A DNA stretch of 32,000 bases from an uncultured Muribaculaceae bacterium (GTDB lineage Bacteria > Pseudomonadota > Alphaproteobacteria > Rs-D84): NCBI GenBank assembly GCA_965231035.1, contig OZ246409.1, forward strand, positions 601,101-633,100, read 5' to 3'. A program made the position numbers and the translations under genes. The notes under the pieces are model-generated. The model was not told where the DNA came from. It worked only from the letters and a program-made list of their open reading frames with translations, and ran no database searches. Every line of letters starts with the position of its first letter. The stretch's first letter is position 1. Below are positions 10,941 through 18,912 of this stretch, piece by piece.

Positions 10941-13244
10941 GTGAAAAAACTTTTCTTGTATTCTTTTCTGATTAGTATTTGCACATCTAATGTTTTTGCT
11001 GATAACTCTGTCGTTGCTTCGCGTGCAGTTCCTTCTGCTGCATCTCAGACCGAGGATAATAATTATTCAGAACCCTCACGTGCTGTGGTAAACAGAAATG
11101 CTGTTGCGTTTCCAGTAGCAGTTGCAAAAACAACAGATTTAACCACAAAAGAAAATGACGATGCAGTTGTATCAAGAAACACAACAATGGTTCAGCAAAA
11201 TGACAACGCACGCAGCACATCAGTTGTTACTAAACCTACAATATCAAGATCAGTTTCTGCTGGAAATTCAGAAAGCACAAGACAAGAGCTTGAACAAACA
11301 GTACGGACTGTTGGTCGTAATGCTCGCGTAGAGTCTGCAAGCATAAATGAAAATCCGGCCCTTCGTCGTATGGGTATAACTCTTCGTCCATCCACAGCAG
11401 AAGTTGGAGGTCGTGCAACTATCGGTAATACAGGTGTTCAAACTGGTTCAAACTTTAACCCTGGGAAAAGCCGCAGTGTTCAAAATCGTGCCGCTGCAAG
11501 TGCGCCAACCAAAGAATCAATTGCTGAGGCAACACAACGTTTGCAACAAACAGCAGAACTTAATAAGTCATGCCAAGAACAATACAATGATTGTATGGAT
11601 CAGTTCTGTTCGGTTATTGACGCAAATCAAAAACGTTGTTCTTGTTCGGCTAATCTTTCCAGATACACCAAGGTTGAATCAGCTGTAAAAGAAGCAAATT
11701 CCGAATTGAATGATGTTGCACAAAGAATTCGTTATGTCGGTTTATCCGCTGATGAAATTCGTGCGATTATGAATTCAACCGAAGCTGAAAAAGTTCTGGA
11801 TCAAACTAAGGACACTTCGCAATCAAGGAATATGTTAGATGAAATTGAAAGTTTGATTAAAAATCCAACAAGTGCAACTTCATCTTCTTCAAGTAATATT
11901 TCAACTGGATTGGATATGGATTTGGACTTTTCATCCAGCGGTTCATCAACAGATTTATTCAGCTTGGATTTATCATCTGGCAGCTCGTCAAGTTTTTCTA
12001 ATTTACGTGGTACAGATCTTTACAGTGCTGCAAAGAAACGCTGTAATACTGTTTTGACACAATGCAAAACTGCTGGTGGTACACCACAACAAATAACGGG
12101 AAATTACGATTTGGCAATTGATAAAGATTGTATTGCCTATGAACAAGGTTTAACAAAGATGAATGAAACCTTGAAATCTAATGTTCGCAGTGCAAACCAA
12201 ATGTTACAAAAAGCTAGATTGGCAGTTTTGCAAAACAAGAATCAGTATGATGCCAAAGGTTGCATATCTGCGTTGAATACCTGTATGGTTGACGATATGG
12301 TCTGTGGGTCAGATTATAAAAAGTGTCTGGATCCAACAAAAAAATACATAGACGAAAATGGCAAAGTTGTTTTGGGACAAAATATTTCAAATATCATCGC
12401 CTTTATGGACGGATATAATAATGCAGAAATAGATTCAACTTATTTGACTGGTGCCATGGCTACTTCATATGAACCCAGCTCTTGCATCAGTGCCGATGGA
12501 AAATGTGTTGCAAAGTATCTTTTGGAAAAAATTGGTACCGGCGCAACAATCAAAGATGGTGGATTATGCAGACCTGTATTGGATAAATGTCAATACTATA
12601 CATACGATTCAAACAGTAATTATGAAAAATATAATGATATTGTTGTTAATTATATTCAACGTGCGATGGTAAATATTTATGCTGCGCAACAGAAGATAAT
12701 TTCTGATTACGCGTCCAGTTGCATGGTTGATATCGCAACTTGCTATAACCAGCAGGTCAGCCAAGTTAACACTTGGTCTTCGACCGCCAGTGTCAGCAGT
12801 ATTTATAATGTTATGCGTGGTGCATGCAGAAATGTTGCTTTGACTTGTTCTTATGCAGTATTTGCAAATGATGCTACTTCTTGTCCAACTTCAGCCCCAG
12901 ATACATGTATAAACAGTATATCGCAAATGTTTTATCAATCATTATTGTGTCCAGATAATTCTACTTATCAATCAACACAGCATGCAACAGATAACAATGG
13001 AACAGTTGTTGGTTATGTTAATGAACGTTGTACGTGTAATTCTGGATACAGTGTATGGAGTGGCACTTGCACATCTTCGTGCGTTCTGGGTGAATATCGT
13101 AGTTCTTTGGGTGTTTGCACCAGCTGTCCAATAGGCACATACGGTGGTGGCGTAACAGGTGGAGTAGAGGCGAGCAGTTGCACAACTTGTGCAAGCGGTA
13201 CAACAATCTCTACGGGTTCTACAGATGAAGGTGATTGTGAATAA
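10941..13244 (+). CDS. Large Cys-rich exported protein, paralog 2 (767 aa), with C-terminal GCC2/GCC3 (ephrin-receptor-like) type Cys repeats
   Basis: GTG start. Signal peptide MKKLFLYSFLISICTSNVFA|DN. Low-complexity region with VVASR/VVSRN motifs. CQEQYNDCMDQFCSVIDANQKRCSCS aligns with paralog 1. Ser-rich linker. C-terminus CTSCPIGTYGGG...CTTCASGTTISTGSTDEGDC. Confidence 0.8.
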   Translation: MKKLFLYSFLISICTSNVFADNSVVASRAVPSAASQTEDNNYSEPSRAVVNRNAVAFPVAVAKTTDLTTKENDDAVVSRNTTMVQQNDNARSTSVVTKPTISRSVSAGNSESTRQELEQTVRTVGRNARVESASINENPALRRMGITLRPSTAEVGGRATIGNTGVQTGSNFNPGKSRSVQNRAAASAPTKESIAEATQRLQQTAELNKSCQEQYNDCMDQFCSVIDANQKRCSCSANLSRYTKVESAVKEANSELNDVAQRIRYVGLSADEIRAIMNSTEAEKVLDQTKDTSQSRNMLDEIESLIKNPTSATSSSSSNISTGLDMDLDFSSSGSSTDLFSLDLSSGSSSSFSNLRGTDLYSAAKKRCNTVLTQCKTAGGTPQQITGNYDLAIDKDCIAYEQGLTKMNETLKSNVRSANQMLQKARLAVLQNKNQYDAKGCISALNTCMVDDMVCGSDYKKCLDPTKKYIDENGKVVLGQNISNIIAFMDGYNNAEIDSTYLTGAMATSYEPSSCISADGKCVAKYLLEKIGTGATIKDGGLCRPVLDKCQYYTYDSNSNYEKYNDIVVNYIQRAMVNIYAAQQKIISDYASSCMVDIATCYNQQVSQVNTWSSTASVSSIYNVMRGACRNVALTCSYAVFANDATSCPTSAPDTCINSISQMFYQSLLCPDNSTYQSTQHATDNNGTVVGYVNERCTCNSGYSVWSGTCTSSCVLGEYRSSLGVCTSCPIGTYGGGVTGGVEASSCTTCASGTTISTGSTDEGDCE

Positions 13245-13253
13245 TAATTAAAT

Positions 13254-13279
13254 AAAAGCGGGATTTAATCCCGCTTTTT
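13254..13279. terminator. Bidirectional intrinsic terminator between convergent genes
   Basis: AAAAGCGGGA-TTTAA-TCCCGCTTTT: 10-bp stem with A/T runs on both sides. Confidence 0.85.
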
Positions 13280-13287
13280 AAATTTAT

Positions 13288-13965
13288 TCAAGCAGTGATT
13301 TTTTGCATAAAAGTCGAATGAGTGGCAAGTTCATTTTCATCGATATTAAATTCACGTTTTGGGAAGTTTTGACCAATTTTTGGATGATTTAACATTGCCA
13401 AGTGTTGTTCTGAAATTATTTCTTTTATATCGCGTGCAGGTGCCGCATTTTCAAGTTCCAGAAATACCCGTGCCAAAATTTCTGCGTCAATCAATGCACC
13501 GTGTGCATCCGCACGAGTTACCAAAGAAACACCAAACCATTTTGCCAACGAATCCAAAGTATAGGTTTTTGGACCAAAAACCTTGTTTCTGGCAATTACG
13601 ATTGAATCCATCTGCTGTTCGCGAGAAATTTGTGAAAGCCCCAATTGTGATAATTCATAATTTATAAACGGAAAGTCAAAATCAATCCCATTATGCGCAA
13701 CAATTGGGCTGTCGGCGACAAATTCCAAAAGCCTGGGTGCGATTTCAGAAAACTTTGGTTTATCTTCCAGAAACGCATTTGAAAGCTTGTGAACCATATA
13801 TGAATCTGGTGGAATTATTTTTCCTTCGGGATTTATATACTCGTGAAAAGAATTTTCGGTGATGCGACCGTCTAAAAGCTCAATCGCGCCGATTTCAATA
13901 ACCCTGTCTCCACGGGAATAATCAAAACCAGTAGTTTCAATATCAAAGCAGATTATTCTTTTCAT
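13288..13965 (-). CDS. dnaQ: DNA polymerase III epsilon subunit (DEDDh 3'-5' exonuclease)
   Basis: Exo I DIETTG, Exo II AHNGIDFDFPFI, Exo III HGALIDAEILARVF. 225 aa. Confidence 0.8.
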   Translation of the reverse strand: MKRIICFDIETTGFDYSRGDRVIEIGAIELLDGRITENSFHEYINPEGKIIPPDSYMVHKLSNAFLEDKPKFSEIAPRLLEFVADSPIVAHNGIDFDFPFINYELSQLGLSQISREQQMDSIVIARNKVFGPKTYTLDSLAKWFGVSLVTRADAHGALIDAEILARVFLELENAAPARDIKEIISEQHLAMLNHPKIGQNFPKREFNIDENELATHSTFMQKITA

Positions 13966-13991
13966 TGCTATATCTTCATATTTTTTTGTAT

Positions 13992-13997
13992 TATAAT
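13992..13997 (+). promoter_or_regulatory. -10 element (TATAAT) placed 6 nt before the uvrD ATG (leaderless layout)
   Basis: TATAAT-CAAGTC-ATG, no SD. Lies inside the palindrome ATTATAAT (13990-13997), which also reads TATAAT toward dnaQ. Confidence 0.55.
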
Positions 13998-14003
13998 CAA
14001 GTC

Positions 14004-16082
14004 ATGAATTCAATACTAGCGAAACTTAATCCTGAACAAAAATTAGCAGCCGAAACAACCGAAGGTCCAATTTTGGTACTTTCTGGGGCTGGAACCGGTA
14101 AGACTTGTGTTTTAATCTCCAAAATTGCTTATATCTTGGGTCAGGGTATGACACAACCTTGGCAAATAATGGCACTGACATTTACCAACAAGGCTGCAAA
14201 TGAAATGAAAAACCGCCTGATGGATGCTTCAAACGGTATTTGGAATGCTTTTGATTTATGGTGCGGGACTTTTCATTCTATGTGTCTAAGAATATTGCGG
14301 GCAAATGCTGACCGTGTTGGTTTGCGTCGCGACTTTTTAATTTTTGGCGAAGATGAACAAAAAGCAGTTCTGAAAACTGTGTTTGCAGATATGGGTCTGG
14401 ATGTAAAAGAATATAACCCAGGCGAATGGGTGGAAAAGATATCATCGGTTAAAGACAAAGGATTGGGACACAGATCCGAAGGCAGAATGCAAAAAATCTA
14501 TGATGTGTATAATTCTGAATTATCGCGAATGAATGCGGTTGATTTTGGTGATATTATCTTAAAAGTTTTAGAATTATTTGAAAAAGTGCCAGATGTTTTG
14601 GAATATTATCAAAAGCAATTCAAATACATACTGGTTGACGAGTTTCAGGATACAAACGAAGCCCAACATCAATTTCTGCAAAAGATTTCAGAAAAAAGCA
14701 AAAATATTTGCTGTGTTGGCGATGATGATCAGTCTATTTATTCTTGGCGCGGTGCACAGATTAAAAACATTCTGAATTTTGAAAAGAATTATCCCAATGC
14801 AAAAATAATCCGACTGGAAACAAATTACCGCAGCACGGGGAATATTCTGAATGCTGCAAATTCTTTGATACGACACAATGCCGGCAGACTGGGTAAAGAT
14901 TTGCGTCCGGCACCGGGTGTTAATGATGGAGAAAAGATTTATGTTGTAACGCTGCCCACAGATTGGGACGAAGCACGAATGATTGCGGATTCAATTGAAA
15001 AAAATAATGATGGCAAAAACTATTCAGATTTTGCGGTTTTAATTCGTGCGGGTTCATTATCGCGTTTATTCGAAGAAGAATTTGCCGAACGCAAAATCCC
15101 ATACAGGTTGGTAGGTGCGACCAAGTTCTATGACAGAATGGAAATTCGTGATGCAATCGCGTACACCAGATTGATGGTTTATCAATTTGATGATTTGTCT
15201 TTTGTCAGAATAATTGCAAAGCCGCGTCGTGGATTTGGAAATATTGCGATTGAAAAGCTGCGTGGGTTTGGTGGAAATATGATGGCGGCTTTGCGTGCAG
15301 TACCTTTGTCTGGTAAACAAAAATCCGCCGCTGATGAATTTATAAGTGCATTTGATTTCGAATGGGATTTAATGCGTCCAGAAAATGCAGTTCAAAAATT
15401 ACTGGAAGATTCAGGGTACCTAAAAATGTGGCGAGAAAGCAAAGATATTGACGCTCCAGAAAGATTAGAAAATATCCAAGAATTAATTTCAAATGTAATT
15501 TCTAAATATAATACTTTGCAGGAATTTTTGGAACACGCGGCATTAATGATGACAGACGATAACGATACCGAAGATGGTGTTGGGGGAAGTAACTCGGTCA
15601 GTGTTATGACAATTCATGCTGCTAAGGGTTTGGAGTTTGATACTGTATTTTTACCCGCCTGGGAAGAAGGTATTTTCCCAAATGAAAAGGCGGTAACCGA
15701 TGGCGGAATCGAAGAAGAACGCAGACTGGCCTATGTTGCAATCACGCGTGCAAAACGTCGCGCAGTAATCAGCAATGTAATGTCACGAATGGTATTCGGC
15801 GAAAGAAAATATAACACCCCCAGCAGATTTATTGCCGAGACAGACAGAAGCTTTTTAAATATTCAAGGTGCGGAACGAGCAATAAAACCAAGAATCGAAA
15901 CATCATACAGACCAAGATACACTACACCAAAAACGGATTCTATGGTTGGTAAATTGGCATCGCATACGGAAATGGGTCGTGGCGTTATTATCGAAGAAAA
16001 TGAAAATATTCTGACAATTGCTTTTCGAAATCACGGGATAAAAAAAGTTGATAAAAAATTTGTAAAGGTCGGTGAAGTATAA
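14004..16082 (+). CDS. uvrD: ATP-dependent DNA helicase, UvrD/PcrA/Rep family
   Basis: GAGTGKT, DEFQDTN, VGDDDQSIYSWRGA, TNYRS, TIHAAKGLEFD, YVAITRAK. Start taken at the ATG (MNSILAKLNPEQ), not at the TTG at 13965 that abuts the dnaQ start codon. Confidence 0.9.
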   Translation: MNSILAKLNPEQKLAAETTEGPILVLSGAGTGKTCVLISKIAYILGQGMTQPWQIMALTFTNKAANEMKNRLMDASNGIWNAFDLWCGTFHSMCLRILRANADRVGLRRDFLIFGEDEQKAVLKTVFADMGLDVKEYNPGEWVEKISSVKDKGLGHRSEGRMQKIYDVYNSELSRMNAVDFGDIILKVLELFEKVPDVLEYYQKQFKYILVDEFQDTNEAQHQFLQKISEKSKNICCVGDDDQSIYSWRGAQIKNILNFEKNYPNAKIIRLETNYRSTGNILNAANSLIRHNAGRLGKDLRPAPGVNDGEKIYVVTLPTDWDEARMIADSIEKNNDGKNYSDFAVLIRAGSLSRLFEEEFAERKIPYRLVGATKFYDRMEIRDAIAYTRLMVYQFDDLSFVRIIAKPRRGFGNIAIEKLRGFGGNMMAALRAVPLSGKQKSAADEFISAFDFEWDLMRPENAVQKLLEDSGYLKMWRESKDIDAPERLENIQELISNVISKYNTLQEFLEHAALMMTDDNDTEDGVGGSNSVSVMTIHAAKGLEFDTVFLPAWEEGIFPNEKAVTDGGIEEERRLAYVAITRAKRRAVISNVMSRMVFGERKYNTPSRFIAETDRSFLNIQGAERAIKPRIETSYRPRYTTPKTDSMVGKLASHTEMGRGVIIEENENILTIAFRNHGIKKVDKKFVKVGEV

Positions 16083-16097
16083 TAATTAGAACACTAT

Positions 16098-17453
16098 CTA
16101 TTTCTTTTTATCATCGCCTCGAAAAGCCTTCCACCAGTCTTTACCTGTTTTAACAGTGTTGCCCCAAACTTTTTTAATATCGTCGTTAACCTTTTTACCG
16201 AATCCTTCGTCAACTGTGCCGCCAATTTTTTTTGCAAAATCCCCAGCCTTGGTCGCCAAGTATGCAACCAAGCATCCAACAATCAGAACAGTCATAAAGT
16301 CATCATTTTGCAATGTCGGAACAGTTGCAGCCATATCTGCATCAACCACACCTGATAATATTGCTGCACATACCGCGATTATTACCGATAAAGATACAAA
16401 ATAAATCATCGCGTTTATAAATCGTTTTATCTGGGAATCCAGGGAAAATGTTTTTGCGTTAAATAATTCCAAGAATCCTTTGAATATTGTTCCGGCATAT
16501 GTATCGTTTGTAGTGCTGCCGCCACCAGTACCAAACGCTTCGATCGGGGCACCAAATGCTGAACTGGTTGAAGGCTTTCCGGAAAAGCACTGGGAAATAG
16601 CAGTAAAAGGCAACATCATAACACCCAAGAATAAATCTGCAATTACTGAAAAAGCCATAATTGCAAACTTCCAAATATTATAAATAAATATCACAACAAA
16701 AACGGCACCCGCAGTAAATGTAAATGCACTGGATCCAATTCCCGCCAGCATCCATTTCCATCCCGCAGCCACAGCAGTATAAAAGAATCCAGAAAGACGA
16801 GTAGGCAGACATAAAAGGTTCGAAACCTGTGACGAATCCATAATTGCAAATTGTGAATGACTGGATGAAACATAATTATGAATTGCGGCACAAGTATCTG
16901 GTAACGAAACTCCAATCGTGGATGTAACCGAATTCAAAATCAAATCAGACAAATATGTCCCAATCGTTATAACCGGACCCATAATCCACATAAACAGCTG
17001 AGCAGGACCTTGTTCTATTATTAAAATCCAAATTGTAATCAGAACTGCTTTGCGAATAATATCTTCGACCAATTCGCGGGATTTTTGTGTTGCCTTCATC
17101 ATTTGATATGCTTCCAACATTATCCAAAATGCAAACATCACAATTAAAAATATTGTAACAAATCTGGTCAAGGATTGTTCCAAGACATTGCTGATCATTG
17201 ACATACCACCAATAAATGCACGACCAACGCGAGCTTCGATCGGAACGTAATCTTTGACCAATACATTTTTTTGAAATTCTGATTGGAAAGAAGAAATGTC
17301 GTCAGTTAAATTATTCACAAATAATTCGCGATTATGATCAGTTGCCCAAACGCCAAAATTTCCAACATCACCAGATGGCATGTTTGATGCGGCAAATGCA
17401 CCGTTGCCCAAAACAAAAACAAAACATAAAAGAGTAATTATCTTTTTAAACAT
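16098..17453 (-). CDS. Polytopic membrane protein, array member D (451 aa); TrbL/VirB6-like architecture
   Basis: Signal peptide MFKKIITLLCFVFVLGNGAFA|AS. Several long hydrophobic spans. ...EQGPAQLFMWIMGPVITIG helix. Cys pair in a loop. C-tail ...IKKVWGNTVKTGKDWWKAFRGDDKKK. The start lies 1 nt after the stop of member C. Coding status is high confidence; the family assignment is inferred. Confidence 0.6.
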   Translation of the reverse strand: MFKKIITLLCFVFVLGNGAFAASNMPSGDVGNFGVWATDHNRELFVNNLTDDISSFQSEFQKNVLVKDYVPIEARVGRAFIGGMSMISNVLEQSLTRFVTIFLIVMFAFWIMLEAYQMMKATQKSRELVEDIIRKAVLITIWILIIEQGPAQLFMWIMGPVITIGTYLSDLILNSVTSTIGVSLPDTCAAIHNYVSSSHSQFAIMDSSQVSNLLCLPTRLSGFFYTAVAAGWKWMLAGIGSSAFTFTAGAVFVVIFIYNIWKFAIMAFSVIADLFLGVMMLPFTAISQCFSGKPSTSSAFGAPIEAFGTGGGSTTNDTYAGTIFKGFLELFNAKTFSLDSQIKRFINAMIYFVSLSVIIAVCAAILSGVVDADMAATVPTLQNDDFMTVLIVGCLVAYLATKAGDFAKKIGGTVDEGFGKKVNDDIKKVWGNTVKTGKDWWKAFRGDDKKK

Positions 17454-17454
17454 T

Positions 17455-18912
17455 TTACTTTTTCTTACTTGCTTCTTCGTTTGCTTTTGTTATTTGTTCG
17501 GTAATTTTTTCAGGTGCGCCCCAAACCCTTTTTCCCATATCTTTTATCCATCCACCATAATCAAAAGGTTCTTTTTTATCTTTGGATTCTTCACTGCCAC
17601 CCAGGAATTCATCAATTTTTGGCGATACCACATAAAAATACAGCAGGTATATTCCAAACATCATCAGCAAGAATTCAAATCCATTTCCCATAAAGTCAAA
17701 TGCACCTGGATATTTTCTTTCTACATCTGCACGGCTGGCGGTAAAGCAGTTTTTGAAAGTTGTTTTATCAATTTGGCCGTCTGTTGTGGCGACCTGTTCG
17801 CATTTCGAAAATACAGCCATCACAGATAATGCCTGGTCATCCATATTTTTGCTGTCTTCGGTAATCAATGGTGGCATAATTGAATTGTACCCGTCATTTG
17901 GTCCTGGAAAATATTCGTCTGCAGCAAAGGATACGATTGCATAAGTTATGATAACCTTTAATGTAATTGCCACAATTCGAACAGCTGATTTAACCAATAT
18001 ATTTATTGCGCCGTTAACCACCCCAGATGCCAGTTGCCAAGTACCTTCGAATGCACCAGCCGCAATAATCAAAGGCAGAAAGATTATCAGAAATATCAAT
18101 TTTATAATAATAGAAAGCACTTGGAAAAACAGGTCGAATCCAATAATCAAAAACATAATTACCAGTGCCAATCCCGCAATCCAGGTAAACGCACCACCGC
18201 CCATTCCCATCCAAGAATAATTCATCAATGAAAATCCACCAGCCGCACCAGCCAGCATAACCGTATTCAAATTGCCCATTACGCACATAAAAGGTTTTAA
18301 TACAGGATTTAAAATATCATCATTTTGAACAGTTGTTCCGCACTGGGCAGAATCAGAAATACCACTAGCAGCCATAGAAAGCTCGGACCCAACAAACATC
18401 ACAGGTGTAATTGTTATATTTGTAATTTGTTTTAATACAGTTGTTCCACCAAATCCCAGAACACCCAACAATGCACCCGCCATCATAACCCGAACAGCTT
18501 GTTTCCATACTTTGTCGAACCAAGGTTTAAATTCAAGCTTTTTTTCAGATGCATCCAATTTTGCATTTTTCTTGGCTGCGTCGAAAATATACATTGCGGT
18601 CGTATAAAATAAAAATATTCCAAATCCAATTGCTAACAGTATCCAGATATTGCTAATCATAGCATTCCAGAATTGTTCTGCGGTACTGCCGATTGTTGCA
18701 AAAAGCTTTTCAATATACCCGCAAAGAAAACATCCGTTGGCACTGGCAATATCACCATTTTTAACACCAACTGCACCCAGAAAACTGTTCAGACTGGTAT
18801 AAGTTATTGCAGCCCCACCAATCGAAGAAGACAAATACCAAATACCCAACCCCAACGCAGTTGCGCCCATAATAAATTTTACAGCAATCTGAATCAGTTT
18901 TGCTTTTAACAT
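17455..18912 (-). CDS. Polytopic membrane protein, array member C (485 aa); TrbL/VirB6-like architecture
   Basis: N-terminal anchor, CFLCGYIEKLFATIGSTAEQFW module, many hydrophobic spans, ITPVMFVG helix, loop Cys pair, C-tail ...GKRVWGAPEK...EEASKKK. The ATG abuts the stop of member B (TAAATG). Confidence 0.6.
   Translation of the reverse strand: MLKAKLIQIAVKFIMGATALGLGIWYLSSSIGGAAITYTSLNSFLGAVGVKNGDIASANGCFLCGYIEKLFATIGSTAEQFWNAMISNIWILLAIGFGIFLFYTTAMYIFDAAKKNAKLDASEKKLEFKPWFDKVWKQAVRVMMAGALLGVLGFGGTTVLKQITNITITPVMFVGSELSMAASGISDSAQCGTTVQNDDILNPVLKPFMCVMGNLNTVMLAGAAGGFSLMNYSWMGMGGGAFTWIAGLALVIMFLIIGFDLFFQVLSIIIKLIFLIIFLPLIIAAGAFEGTWQLASGVVNGAINILVKSAVRIVAITLKVIITYAIVSFAADEYFPGPNDGYNSIMPPLITEDSKNMDDQALSVMAVFSKCEQVATTDGQIDKTTFKNCFTASRADVERKYPGAFDFMGNGFEFLLMMFGIYLLYFYVVSPKIDEFLGGSEESKDKKEPFDYGGWIKDMGKRVWGAPEKITEQITKANEEASKKK

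Noticed and set aside
8057-13206. Numerous 60-103 aa ORFs on either strand inside the two Cys-rich protein genes (for example 8124-8435, 9341-9643, 11404-11688, 13018-13206).
   Set aside because: They are fully nested in long ORFs that have signal peptides and paralog conservation, and they have no start signals of their own.
13254-13279. The two bidirectional terminators (13254-13279 and 29642-29663) share the same arms, AAAAGCGGG(A)/(T)CCCGCTTTT. This hints at a repeat family.
   Set aside because: Short GC cores flanked by A/T runs are what any bidirectional intrinsic terminator looks like. Two copies are insufficient, though a genome-wide count could revisit this.
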